A DNA stretch of 64,000 bases from Cycas panzhihuaensis (GCA_023213395.1 CM041465.1:210249741-210313740); one strand, 5' to 3'. Shown: positions 27,590 through 42,224, counted from the first letter of the stretch. The notes: generated from the sequence alone by a model not told the origin. Program-made: numbers and translations.

Positions 27590-30500
27590 TGTTAGAATGG
27601 GCTTAAAGCCTCATAGGTCCAAGATTTTTAATAAAAGCACAATACCATAAATGCATTAAGCACAAGTAACAAAGAACTTCAAAGAATTCAAAGAATTCAA
27701 AGGACTCAAAGAGAAATAGGAGCAAGAACACAATACCAAAGATGAGGTGTTGGAATTAGTCCAACAACCAAAGAATGCCGTCAGCTTGATTAGCAAACTG
27801 ATAGAATAACAATGAGCTCCAACTCTTGAATGAGCAACAATGAGGAATAGGTCTCATTATATAGAATGAGATGAGAGACCTAAGGTCTTGGATGTTTGAC
27901 AAGTGTCAAACATCCAAGATACATGCCTTGGATGATTGACATGTGTCCCTTTGGAAGCTCTTGTGTGAGCAAAAGTGCAATGGGGTCATTTGACCCTCAA
28001 GTTACATAAGTGACAACCTTGTATCACTAGTCATAAAGTGGGTGTGTACTTTATCACTTAAGTGATAAAGTCACCCCTAAAGTACAAAAGTGCACATGAG
28101 CATTAAAGTGCACACATAATACAAAAATAGAAAGTACATAAGCTTAACATATAAACATAAGGTAAAACATAAGGTTTAACACCCCCCCTTATTGTTTATA
28201 ATGTTAAGTCGGACCCCTAGACCATCTCTAAATTTTACAAATTTGTCTCTACCAAGTGGCTTGGTAAAGATATCTGTCGTCTGCTGCTCCGTTGGTCGAT
28301 ATTGAAGAGTGATCTCACCATCGTATGCGTGCTCACGATGAAATGGTGGTGAACTTCAATATGTTTGGTCCGTGCATGGAAGACTGGATTCTTAGTTAGC
28401 TTGAGGACACTCTGATTGTCACAATGAATACTAGTCGGCTGCTCCTATTGAAAACCAAGCTCACCAAGAATCTGTCGAAGCCAGATAGCCTCATGAAGTC
28501 GCTACCGATTGCAGCTTTGTACTCTGCTTCAGTGGAGGACAAGGTAACATTTGGTTGCTTCTTGCAACTCCATGAAACAGCTGCTGAACCAAGGGTAAAA
28601 CAGTAACCCGAGGTTGACTTCTTGCTATCCTGGCATCCTGCCCAATCAGAATCAGAGAACCCCTCCAAAGTGAAGTTCTCATTGTGTGCATACTCAAGTC
28701 CAAGCTGCAATGTAACTTTTATGTACTTGAGTATGCGTTTTGCTGCTTTCCAATGCTACTGATTGGGTTGAGACATGAAACGAGAGCAAATCCCAACTGC
28801 AAATGAAATATCTGGATGAGTGTTGGTGAGATATATCAAGCTACCAATCAATTGTCGATAAAGAGTGGGATCCGCTGGTTCAACTTCCTCATTAAGAGTA
28901 AGCTTGGAGCCGTTCTCCATGGGCGTAGGCGCCGTCTTGTAGTCATGCATCCTGAATCTCTGCAAGATGTCCCAAGAATATTTTGCTTGGGAAATGAAGA
29001 TATAGCCTGGCTGTTGCCATACCTCAAAGCCTAAAAAATAATGGAGAAGTGCAAGATCAGTCATTTCGAAACTTCTCTTCAAATCATCCTGGAGAACATT
29101 GATGAGCTTAGTGTCATCACCAGTGATCACTAAGTCATCTACATACAAGGCAATATAAATGACACAGTGTTGTTCATGTTTGATATACAAGTTAGCATCT
29201 GATGTAGATCGATGAAACCCATGTCTCAAAAAGTATTCATCGATTTTTGCATACCATGCCCTAGGAGCTTGTTTCAAGCCATACAAAGCCTTCTTGAGGC
29301 AACATACCAAATGCTCCTTGCCTTGTTCTTTGTAACCAAGAGGTTGCTCCAAGTATACCTCCTCTTGAAGATCGCTGATGAGAAAGGCGCTCTTCACGTC
29401 CATCTGATACACTGGCCATTTGCATTGTGCAGTTAAGGCCATGAGGAGTTTGATGGTATTCATGTTTGCCATTGGTGCAAAGGTCTCCTCATAATCAATT
29501 CCTTCCTTTTGTTTGAATCCCTTTGCTACGAGTCGTGCCTTCTGACGCTTGAGTGTCCCATCAGAATGAAATTTGGTCTTGTAGACCCATTTACAACTGA
29601 TTGCCTGTTTGTGTGGAGGCAATTCGACCAAGTCCCATGTACCATTCTTGTGAATGGAGTGGATCTCCTCATCCATGGCAGCTTTCCAACTATCATTTTG
29701 TGAAGCCTCTTCAAAAGTAGAAGGCTCATCAATAGAAAGCACTTGGTGTTGATGGTTCTTCATTATCCTTAGCATAAATTTGCTCTTCTTGAAGCAATAA
29801 GCTTTCAAGTTCATTGAATGTCATTTGCTTTAGTGAACCATCTCGTGTGGTTGATGATATAAAGCCGTTGTAGTCCTTTGGCAATGCCTTTGTGATGGAT
29901 GTGATGATTTCATCCCTTGTAGCAGGACTACCTAAAGTATTCAATTCATTACAAACCTCCTTAATGGAGGACAAGAATGCCGACATTGGCTTTACAAATT
30001 TGATATAATACAATTTGGCTTTTATCATCAAAATGCAAGCTTCATCTCGCCTTTCATACAGAGAGGACAATATGTCCCAAGCTTCTTTAGAAGATTTTGC
30101 AGAAGAGATATTCTAATCTACATGTACATCCACAATCATATGAATAAATGCCAAAGTAATTTCGTCTTTGGCCTCCCAAGCAGCAACACGTTCATAATCA
30201 ACTTGAATTTCATCATCAACAAGTGCAGGATTCGGGATTCTTCCAGAAACATATCCCCAAAATTCATTCATTATCAAGAGATTTTGTGTGATTCTTTTCC
30301 ATTCTTGATAATTTGCTTGTCCTGTTAGCCTTATGGTGCATGCATTGAGCATGTTTATGGCAGCCATCTTTCCACTTGTTTAAAAGCTAACAAATAACTT
30401 GGTAACTTCAAAGCTTTGTCGCTTAAGTTCCACCTTTTAACAACACCACCAGTCCTGATTTTACAAGAAGATCCAACAATTGGTGGAGTGATGAGGGGTG

Positions 30501-33139
30501 GAGGACGTCGGCTATTGAGTTGGTCCAAAGTTAAGTGTAGCAGAGGCAAGGATTCAACCTTTTTCGAGCCTCTCCAGCCAGATTTTAAATTCACTTTTAG
30601 ACAAATTTTAAGTGAATTTTTAAAGTCCTTTTACTTGGATTTTGATGCTATGCCTTTTAGCTTACAAGTACATGAGAGAATGAGCACTTTTATTAAGTGA
30701 TTTTTAAGTGCTTTGTGATCCAAGTAAAATGCTTTGAATGCTTGAGTACAATAATGTAAGCACTTTGAGTACTTAGTGAAAGAAAGATGATGCAAAAAAC
30801 CTTTGATGAAGATAACAGAAGTGGGTTCTTTTTAACCCTCCAAATCCGATGTAGTGAAAAAGCCACTAGCCAAGTGTACTCAAAGTGCTCCAAAGCCAAA
30901 ACGAACTCGAAGTAGTAGTTGTTGAGACTTTAAAATAGTCTCAACAATCCAACAAAAAAAATGTGATTTTATTAAGTGTTAAATTCAACCTTCTTCTTGA
31001 GCTTTTTGAAGGCTAAGGTCACCACGCAAGGTGCCAAAATGAACTGAAATGGTGATGTTTCTCACCTTTACAATGTGAATATGCCTTTTTGATCACTTTA
31101 TTTAAGCTCAAAATGCTTTAATAGCATTAAACAATGTGCTAAATGAGCTTAAAGAGGCATAAGATAAATGCTGAAAATCAACTTTTTTTGAAATTTTGCC
31201 TCATTAGAACACCTCGCAGGGAGTCTTTTTAGGCCTTTAAATCATGCAACATTGAACTTCAATAAGAGGAGAATGACTTGGCATGTGTCATTTGTTGAGT
31301 CCTCTTTCCATCAAGGAGATTTTAATTGACTTAAGTACAAAAGAAGTACTTTAGTGAGCCAAAGAAACTTTTAAAAAAATGAGATTAAATCTCATTAAAA
31401 AGAATCTTAAAGTATTTAAGGCTTTATTGATACCTTAAATCTTGAAATGGTTGAGCCTTATATAGCATCAAAGAGCATTAAGCCCCCCCTTTGCTCAGAA
31501 ATTCTCTAAGATATATAAAAAACTCTTAATCCTTGATTAATAAAAAAAAAGTTCTTTAAAAAAAAACCTTTAGAGAAATAGCCTTTGATTAAAAAGAGAA
31601 TATGTTTGGCATATGCCAATTTGCATATTCTAAGATTATGAAGCCCAACAAAGAAAAAATTGATTTATATTAGAAATCGATCGCGCGGCTCTTTTTTTTG
31701 CGCGGACTGTTTTTGATTTGCTGTCGATGGCCGTGCGGGCCCCACCGTGCTCAGATTTACGGGCTTTTGCGGGCCCCACCGAGTGTGCTGCCGACCGTGC
31801 GGGGTGTGTCTCCCCGTGCATGAGCCGTGCAGGCCCGTCCACCTTTCGGAAGGTTCTGGAAGGTTCTCCCGCGTCTGCAGGTTTCTCTGCGCGTGCTTCG
31901 TGAGACCAGTGCGGGTCTATCTTTAACTCCCGTGCGTCCTTTCTTCTCTCCGTGCAGAGTTCCGGAACGGATCCCTTTCCGTCCATTTGGACGCAAGTGC
32001 GAGCAGCGGGGTTTAGAACCCTTCTCCGTGCGGGTTGCAGGTCCACGGCTCCACGTGAGCAGATGCTACGTCTCCTCTGAGTCTTCCCGTGCAGGGTTTT
32101 GGCTCTCAGCCGTCCTCTCTCCCGCAGACCAAAGATGAGGTACAAAAGTGCAGCCAGACACAGCAATCAGCCAGAGAGTCCTTCTAGGACAGAGCAAAAG
32201 TGAGGTGCAATAGCCTTTAGAAAGGATGATCTGGGTTTTGTATTTGCCTTCTGTGTGCAGGTGCAGTCCCCTTTAGTGGGCAGAGGACAGGCAGAACAGA
32301 GGCTCTTTCTTGGCAGGCTCCCCTTGGCAAGTGCAGGGACAGAATGTATGTCCTTAGTGAGGCTTCAATATGCAGGCAGAGTACAGCACAAAAGTGCAAG
32401 AAAATTCCAAGAAATGGACCAAGAAAGGACAGAATTAAATGCTAAAATCACCCAAGAAAATTCCAAGAAATGGACCAAGAAGGGAAAGTATTAAAGCTAA
32501 CAAATCAAAGCTCAATATAAAAGATTTCCATAAGCTCTGATACCAATTGTTAGAATGGGCTTAAAGCCTCATAGGTCCAAGATCTTTAATAAAAGCACAA
32601 TACCATAAATGCATTAAGCATAAGTAACAAAGAACTTCAAAGAATTCAAAGAATTCAAAGGACTCAAAGAGAAATAGGAGCAAGAACACAATACCAAAGA
32701 TGAGGTGTTGGAATTAGTCCAACAACCAAAGAATGCCTTCAGCTTGATTAGCAAACTGATAGAATAACAATGAGCTCCAACTCTTGAATGAGCAACAATG
32801 AGGAATAGGTCTCATTATATAGAATGAGATGAGAGACCTAAGGTCTTGGATGTTTGACAAGTGTCAAACATCCAAGATACATGCCTTGGATGATTGACAT
32901 GTGTCCCTTTGGAAGCTCTTGTGTGAGCAAAAGTGCAATGGGGTCATTTGACCCTCAAGTTACATAAGTGACAACATTGTGTCACTAGTCATAAAGTGGG
33001 TGTGTACTTTATCACTTAAGTGATAAAGTCACCCCTAAAGTACAAAAGTGCACATGAGCATTAAAGTGCACACATAATACAAAAATAGAAAGTACATAAG
33101 CTTAACATATAAATATAAGGTAAAACATAAGGTTTAACA
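27590..33139 (-). mobile_element. Young Copia element C1 with 592-bp LTRs (27590-28181 and 32548-33139); gag joined to RT-RNase H, protease and integrase missing
   Basis: LTRs differ at about 6 sites; TSD atgga/ataga; PBS 32534-32545; PPT at 28182. Gag 30367-29740, RT ORF 29814-28756 (YVDDL), RNase H SDSDWAG. Confidence 0.95.
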
Positions 33140-35665
33140 ATAGACACATGTCGTCCATGCATTGCATGCTCTACTTGCTATTTGTACATTAAAGAATAAG
33201 GAAAGAAAAAAAAAGAAAGAAAGAATGAAGAATAAAGAATAATTTATGACTACTCATCATTTCCCTCTTTCTTAGAAGAAATTTCCCCTAATTTTTGCCG
33301 AAGATGGGGAAAATTATGGAGGAAGTCTACTTCAAAGATCCACTTAGCTTTTGTGGGTTGAGTTCCTTTCCTGCCAACGAGGTATGTGGTGATGAGCTAC
33401 TATTACGTGTCGCATTGTCTGGTGTCCAACAAAGTATCCTCTTGAAGTGGTGGTTGAAAATCTAGAATGGTATCTGATGGTTGTGTGGCAAAAGGTTCAA
33501 CTTCTAATTGTGGGGGCTCATACAATTTTAATTGGTTGATGTTTACCACATTGTGAATTCCTAAATGTGCCAGTAAGTTGAGCCAATAAGCATTGGAGCC
33601 AATTTGTTGAAGAATGGTATAAGGTCCAAACCTTATAGGTTTGAGCTTGCGATGATGTTTGAATCTTCGATTATCTAGGTGAAGCCAGACTCTATCGTCG
33701 ATGTTGAAGCTAGGTAGGACTCGATGTTGATCATGTTAAATCTTGTAGTGGTCATGAGTTTTGTGTAGTATTTGTTGGACTAATGTATGGAGGTGCAAAA
33801 GATGCTCAATGAAGCTAGTGGTCTTCTGTTATTCTTTGTTCTCATTCTTAGTGGTTGGAGATGATAAAGCTAGGGGGAATTCATAAGGGGCTAGTGGTTG
33901 GTAGCCATAGTAAACTTCAAATGGAGACTGCCCTATTGATCGATGGATTGGCCAATTGTAGCTGTGCTGAACATGGTGGAGATGTACATCCCATTTCTTC
34001 TTGTGATGCTGATAAATTTCGAGGGCTTGAACCAGTGTCCTACTAACCACCTCCGTCTGGCCATCGATTTGTGGATTGAATGATGTAGAAAATTTGAGTT
34101 GACATCTGAGCATATTCCATAAGGATTCCTAGAAGTGACCCAGAAAATGGCTATCCCTATTAGAAATGATAGAAACAAATAGCCCAAAGTGGGTCCAGAC
34201 ATGTTGGAAAAATGGTGTGGCAGCTTGCACGGCAGAGATCTCCTTTTTGCATGGTATGAGTATGGCCATTTTGGAGAATCGACATACAATAACAAAGATG
34301 AAGTAATTGCTATGTTGTGTGGTGGGCAATTTGCAAAGGAGGTCCATTGAAATCGATTCCCATGGTCAGGTTGGGACTGGTAATGGTTTATAAAGGTTGA
34401 GCTTCCTATTAAAGGGCTTAGATTGATTGCATAAGGAGCATCGTCAAATGTGTGCTTTGGCCATTTTCTACATGGACGGCCAATAGAAGTATCGCTACAA
34501 ATGTTGAAGTGTCTTTTGAATCCCAAAATGGCCATTATAGGAGGATGAGTGAGCTTCTTTAAGAAGTTGTTGTTGTGGTGCACTAGCAGGTACACAGAGC
34601 TTGTTGAGTTTGTACAACAAGCCATCTTTGATGTGATAATCCAAGAATGGTTCTAGATTGGTAATTGTAGAATGTGCAAGTGCATGCAAGATGGGCCAAA
34701 ATTGAGGATATGTATCATAGAGAATTCTCTATTCAGTAAAGGAGGCAACATGGTTATTCAATAGTGCTATGAGTGCCATTGTTGCAGGGTGGTTGAGAAA
34801 ATCTACTACTTTGTTAGGTGCTCTTTTTTTGTATTTGATGATGAGGTTGAATTGTTGTATATAAGAGGCTAACTTGAGATGCCTATGCTCCTGAATTTTT
34901 GATTGGGTGTTGAGGAACTACAATGGTTGATGATCGGTATGAATTACGATTTCTTTGCCCAGAAGGTAATCTCATCAATGTTTAAGAGCTTAAACGATGG
35001 CATAGAACTCCTTGTCATATGTGTTGTAATTAAGCTTGGCTTGTGAGAAGGCCTTTGAGTGGTATGCAATGGGTTGTTCTCCCTGCTTAAGTACTACACC
35101 CAGAGCAAATTGAGAGACATCTGTCTTGAGCTTCAAGGGTTGTTCCTCATTAGGCAGCTGAAGAATTGGAGTTGTGCAGAGGGCGACCTTTAATTTCTGG
35201 AATGCAAATTCATCTTGAGGACTCCATGTGAATACATTTGTGTTGCTAGTGAGGGCATTCAATGGGTGTGCAATGCTGGAGAAATGCTTGATAAATTTCT
35301 GATAGAAGTTGATGCTACCCAAGAAGCTTTTGAGCTCTATAAGATTTTTGGGAGTTGGCCAATCCTTGATAATTTGAACCTTTGCCTAGTCAACTTGAAT
35401 ACCTTGGGCATTTATAATAAAGTTGAGATAAGAGGTGGAGGTTTGGCCAAAAGAGCACTTCTTAAGCTTGGCCTCTAGTTGATGTTGGCATAGAGTGACA
35501 AGACTATGTCAAGATGCTTTTGATGCTCCTCCAGGGTCTTGCTAAAGACTAATATGTCATCAAGGTAGGCAATAACGAATTTGCCGAGGTAGGCACATGA
35601 AGGTGGCAAGAGCATTGGTAAGACCAAAGGGCATTACGAGCCATTCATATAACCCATGTTGTGTT

Positions 35666-38600
35666 TGTTAGAATATTAATGTACATTTGATTTGTCCCAC
35701 ATGCAAGTGGGTCCTACTCTTCCATCATGACTTATATTATAAATACACAATTTTGTGTATCATATTGGAATGTTGTTGTAATGATTTTTCTTAATACAAT
35801 GGAGGTACCTTAAGGGTACTGTTCGATCCAACATGGTATTAGAGCGATTCAGGTCTTTGAAAAGCCGTGCCCTTTTAGAGTCAAATCTAAGGAGGCACTA
35901 TTGTTACTCAAGGAGCGATATCTTCACTCTGGTTGAAACCCTTGTTGGAGCTTCTGACTTCGTTCGCCTTCGTTTTATCTCTATTTGATACTGCCGTTCT
36001 TCTTCGCTTCCACCCAAAGAAGGTATTTTTTCATTATTCCTTTTCGTTAATATCTCTTGTTTACTGCTCTGTTCTTGTACTTTATATTGTGAAATGTTTA
36101 TGTGATTTCTATTTTCACCACCTTTGTTTATTGAATCTGTGTAATATCTTTTTGCGCATATGTTGATAAATCTATATGCATGTATATATTAGTCTTCTGT
36201 GATGTTATACTTTGCACTTGCATGTGTTTAACCACCTTTACATCATTGCGCTCTACATGATATTGAAATCACCCGTTCAGTCTTCTTGATGCACTGTGAT
36301 AATTTCGTTTGATCGTTGTTTTTACGCTTGTGCTGGCCCTCCTTCTGATTTCATCATTCGTGTGCACTGTTAAATCTCCATCTTTGATTTTGCTCTTGCC
36401 TGCTTAGCTGCCGTTTCACCTTCTCCGGTGTCTCCGTCTTGCCGCCGCCTAGCTGCCGTATTCATTTTATTAGCCACTATTACTTTTAATAGATTAATTA
36501 AGGTTCAAACTGCATATTTGTCGATTATTATTATGATCCAAACTTTCGTGAACAACCAATTGAAAATATTCTTCGTTGTTGCTCTCACGAATATGGTAAC
36601 AATGATACAAAGCACAGAAATATTCGCCATAGAAATCATCAAGACGCAGATTCCATTCAATGCCCTTCGATTGTTGATAATTTTGCCTTATGTATCATTG
36701 CGTGTTAGCAAAGTCAGCCCCTAATCAAAGACACCTAAATACAATTAAACCCTTAACGACTGATGACGCTCGCAACAGATTTCAAGCAAGCAATTCTAGT
36801 GGAAACAAGGTTTGAATAGATCACCCTCATCCCACGCATGGGTTAATCAGTAATTAATTGGATTCGTTTGATCCAAATGCCAAAAATCCAGTTCGTTCTA
36901 GCCGCAAGAAAGGGTGGTCAGAGCAAGTATTTAAGTCGTTTAGATACAAGAAAGGGTTGCAAGATTGTCATGAGAGCCTATAAATAAAGAAAACATACAT
37001 CCCAGAAAATGTTTACTCAAGTTACAAAGAAAATAATAGTCGCCCGCCGCTCCTGATGCCCTGAGATTGATGAAGAGAGCCATTGAAGACGTAATAGTCG
37101 AGAGATAAACACAAAATCCAGGGGCGTCGCAGTTCGCCCTTGTATACAATCGCAAATGATGAATTGCCCGGTTGCATATTTACTCAACCGTTCATTTGAA
37201 TACGTGTTATGCGCTTTTATTTATTGTTTTTGATTTGTTTTTCATTTCGATTTATTAAATTATGTTAAGTGGCCTAAATGGAGTGTATTAAGTCACATTG
37301 ACTTAATACAAAGTTGTTTTCTTTAATATAAAGTGTGCACATAAATATATTATGATGGCTATATGATATGTTGTGAGAGGCATACATAAAATGATATGGC
37401 AAAGTGATGTGGTAAAGAGATCTTCTTGTATGCAACTACATAGCAGAGTTTAAATGGGTAATGTAGATGACCAGATGTTCTCTTGCATGTATGTGCATAA
37501 GAGAGTTTGCAAGGCATGTTAGTGATATAGTGCTCGTTTGCATGCAATTGTATGAGAGTACTTTGATGATATGAGGTATTGATGAGGTGACTATTGAGGC
37601 TTTCTTGCATGTATTGCACATGGGAGAGTACCTTGGTAATGTGAGACAACATTAATTCATGTTGATATATTTGACACTCTATTGGTAACTTGAGATGCAT
37701 GATGCTGATTATTTAATGGCAATTGAGTACCTTTTTACATGTGTTTTGTTGAGGTGATTATGCATGAGTAAGTTGAGTGGCATATGGTGACTTAGTACTC
37801 CTTGGAATGTGATCTTTATGGGCATGATAAAGCAAATTTGAGGGCAAAGAAGATGGTGATATGACATGGGCAAGATAGACAAGAGATGGGCAATTAGAGA
37901 GTATGTTTATGGGCAACTATTATCAAGTTATGAGGCATGCTTGATGATGTGTTCTAATTGATTGAATGGGCAAAGAATGATGAGTCTGTTGAAGTTACCT
38001 GAGTTACAAGGAAGCAAACTTTGTTGAGTTACATGAGTCATGTTTGGAGTGTGTGTGTGCCTTGATCATTGTGAGATTTATGAGGCATTGGTTTGGTAAA
38101 AGTGTTTAGATTCTATGTGATTGTTTGGCGATGGTAAGGCAATGATGCAATGATAAAGTCAACGATGTGAGATATGAGACATAAGGAAATTTGTTGAGAG
38201 TGATTAATAGGCAAGCTACCAAGGATAAGTGAGTTTATTGATTAAAAGGGGGACGTGGCATGTAGAAATGGCATTTACAATCATAGAGAATAATGATGTG
38301 GTTATATATGTTCCTGAAACAAATGAATATTACTTAAGGTATTCGTTTCTTCCAGTACCTAAGTGCAATGGTGAAGACTACTTCTTTTGGACAATTAAAA
38401 TGAGATGTCTATTCATAGCTAAAGATTTGTGGAAGATTGTTACTAATGAATATGATATCCCTAAGGATGAAGAAGAAAAGGAAATGCTTGAGAGAAAAGA
38501 CAGAAAGGCATTCATTATGATTCGTGCTGCATTCAATGAGGTTGATCTTCCTTCCAAATTCCATTTTGTCATTTTTATGATTCTACATGCAAGTAATGCT

Positions 38601-39463
38601 AAAGAAGCTTGAGATTTTCTAAGGGAAGTATTTGAACAAACTCCTGAAGAGACACAACAAATGATTGAAAAAACAATTAAGGCTAGTTATGGTATAGGTA
38701 CAATGAATGAAGAAAATATCATCAACACTGATGAAACAACATGTCAAGATGAAGAGTGTATGAATACTGACAAAACTTGTTCTAAATGTAAAGAAACGAT
38801 AGTTGAATGCATTGATGAGATTACAGATGAAGACATTGACAGTGATGAATTGATTTCAAGAGAAATTGAATCTAATGATCCTATAAAGGATGAGTCTTAT
38901 ATTGATGATGTTCCCTCTTTAAGCATTGATTCAAGTTCAAAGAGTATGCAAGATTCCACTCCTAAGATTGAAGAATTCACTATTGTTCATGGTGATCAAG
39001 AGTTTATACAAGATAATGATGATAGGCAAGTTGTGATTGAAGATGGTTACTTACAGGATCTTCATCAGACTAGACTAGCCGCAATAAAGAAACAGGATTT
39101 TTACTTACTAGAGCAGCTACATCAACGTCGTCACTACAAAATTGAAGATGGAAATCAAGATGAAGACATCATTCTGCAGCAAAGACATCACTACAAGATT
39201 GAAGACAAGGATCAGGTTGAAGACATCATTCTCAAGACATTTCCAAGGACAAAGCGTTGCAAATACAAATGACCCAAATGTACATTAAGGGGGGGTGTTA
39301 GAATATTAATGTACATTTAATTTGTCCCACATGCAAGTGGGTCCTACTCTTCCATCATGACTTATATTATAAATACACAATTTTGTGTATCATATTGGAA
39401 TGTTGTTGTAATGATTTTTCTTAATACAATGGAGGTGCCTTAAGGGTACCGTTCGATCCAACA
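35666..39463 (+). mobile_element. Young gag-only (TR-GAG-like) Copia-type element T2 with 168-bp LTRs (35666-35833 and 39296-39463), inside G1 RT
   Basis: Perfect TSD gtgtt; 3 LTR mismatches; PBS tggtattagagc; PPT aaggggggg. Gag (NGEDYFFWTIKMRCLFIAKDLWKIV) with one W>stop at 38610, then an acidic tail to 39272. Confidence 0.93.
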
Positions 39464-42224
39464 GTGTTTTGAATGTTGTCTTCCAGGTATCCTTGGCATC
39501 CATGTGAACTTGATGGTAACTAGAGGCCAAATCAATTTTTGAGAAGTATTTAACTCCTTGAAGTTGATCGAGCAAGTCATCTATGCATGGTAGTGGGTAC
39601 TTGTTTTTTACTATTACTTTATTAAGGGTCCTATAGTCAACACATAGTCGCCAGTCATTATCTTTCTTAGGTATTAGAATTGTTGGAGAGCCACAAGGAG
39701 AGCAACTTGGCTATATCTTTCCTTCATCTATTAATTGTGCAAGCTTGCTTTCGAGCTCTACTTTAGTAATAGAGGGGCTCTATATGGAGCTTGATTGGGC
39801 AATGATACGCCAGGCAAAGGATCAATATTATGCTAAATTGCTCTTAGGGGAGGTAGTCCCTTTAGCTCATTAAATACATCGACGCACGCATCTAAAATAG
39901 TTTTAGTTGCTGCTGGCGGAATTTTATCACGATTGCCTGTTTCTGCTTGACAAATGACACAAAGATCCATGGATTTGGAGCTGCTGACCAACTTGGTTGC
40001 TATCTTGCCTATGAGTAAGGTCACAGTAGTGGGCAACATCATTGCTATGGTCAGTTTGTATGCTTGTCGCTCTTATGGATTATGTAGGTATTAAGATATC
40101 CATCGTAGAATGCCCAATGATCATGTTGATAAGGTCGGCCAAGTAGTAAATCACTACAGTCCATAAGAGTTACATTGCAATCGACAGCATCTATGAGTGG
40201 TGGAATGGCGAAAGTAACTGTTCAAATATGGTCGATGATTGTAGGTTGCCCATTGGTGGTGACCCAGCCAAAGGTGTATGGTCGTGGATGCGGCTTGGTA
40301 GGTAGTTGTAGAGTATCCACAATTGCTTTGGAAATCAATTTTTTCATACTCCCATTATCCATGATGCAGAGCGTTATTCAGTCTTTAATCTGGCAATTGT
40401 GAGTGAATAGCTTTTCCTGATTGTGTGTCGAGTACTCTTTGGCCATGAGTACTAGATTTGGATTGGATGTTTCTAAATTGGCAAGAGGGATGACTTCCGA
40501 CTGTGTTTGTTCGTCTTGCGCCTCTATCATGAGTGTCATTTTTTTGTTAGGCCTTGCATTCAGCATCTGTGTGTCTTGTGCACTTGTGGAAGGAACAATA
40601 TTTTATTGTGCTACCTGTTGGACATTGTGTGTGTGGTATTGGTTGTATTCTGGAGGAAGAGGCTATAGTAGAAGCTCCAGTGAATGACTTGGGTTGTTTT
40701 TGCATCTTTGCTTCTATTTTGAGGACAAGTTGGAAGGCTGCTTCTAACGTTGGAATTTGAAGTAATTCCATCTCCTGTTGGAGATATGAATACAATCCTC
40801 CAATGAATTTAAGCTTCAAGATATGGTCAGGGTTGTCAAATTCCAACCTGATGTAGAGCTTTAAGAATTCATCAATGTATTATTGAATAGATTGTGAGGT
40901 TATCACGATACCCAAGTGAGTAGAAACACCCTTTAATGGCTATTTTGAAGTCATCCTAAGTAAAAATTGGTTGCTGTCTAGAATAGGCTTGCCACCACAT
41001 CAAAGCTTGCTTTGCCATATGCACCTCGAATATCATGAGTTTTTGTTGCTCGGTTAGTTGTTGAGTTTTGAAGTAAGCTTTGAAGCCAATCGTCTAGCTT
41101 AGTTGCATATAGTGTTCCATCAAAAAGTGGAATAGAAATCTGACATCTAATTTGAATTGTGTCTACAACAGAGGAATTACCATAGGAGCTTGTTGATGCA
41201 ACAATTGTTGGAACATAGTCATCATGTTGTTGACTAAGTTCTATCGAAAGGTTTGTGATTCTTGCCTTTCTTCCGATAGATCTTGTGCAAGAAGCTCTGA
41301 GAGTTCTAGGTGAGACTGTTCTTCTTGGTTATGAGACATAGTTGTTGGAGTATGCCTACCTAAGGACGGCTTATACCCACAGGATACATAATAATGTTGA
41401 AGGGGGTATACCACTGTTTGGGTGGTTTGAGGTATGCTTGCTTGTGAAGGCTTATAGTCGTATGCACATGACCCCTCTTTTTCTCTTCTCCTTTTTTTTC
41501 CTTTTTTCTTAATAATTGGATAAGTCACAAGTGTGAATGATTGACACTAAATGATCGCAAGACCGAATACAAAGTAAAAAGGAAAGATCCTTAAAAGGCT
41601 TAAATCCTTATTAAATTACTTAAGAAAAGGTAAGCTAAGGTTATAAGATTTCAATTTACTTTAGAATATGCCAAGAATATTCCTTATTTTATAACCTAAG
41701 GTTATAAAACATTAAAATGTCAACAGATATTTTTTGACAGTTGTGCAGCCTAGCGACTTTTGATCCTTCACATGCCAATTCTGAGTAGGCCAGATGTCTG
41801 ACTGCTCTCAAGATTTGTAAGCAGGTCCGTCAAGCAATGATGATCAAGATGAATGCCCCTGTGTTGGGGTTTCGTCAATCGGAGAGCAAGTGGGCTCATG
41901 TTGAACCTTGCCAAGGGTACACGACAATTGAGCGAGTCCGCATTCATCAATTTGATAGAAATCCACTAAAATCCTTCGATTGAGGGTGCATCTCGAATCA
42001 TCCCTTGTCAATTTGCAAATTTCTTTAGGGATCTCTACTTACATTTGTGAAACACTGTAGATCTTAGAACCTTGCGTGTCCAAGTAAAGCCATGGCACTT
42101 GCACATCAAATAGAGACGTCCATAGCAAAGGCATGGTCGTGGCTTGTAGTTGTTAAGCCGTGACCTCAAGCAAAGATGAACGCAGGGGGCTCATATGAGG
42201 GAAAACGTATGACATTGCAAGACC

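Noticed and set aside
31636-32166. 176-aa GC-rich ORF in the C1 leader
   Set aside because: Open in several frames because of GC richness; no recognisable domain; typical Copia 5' leader.
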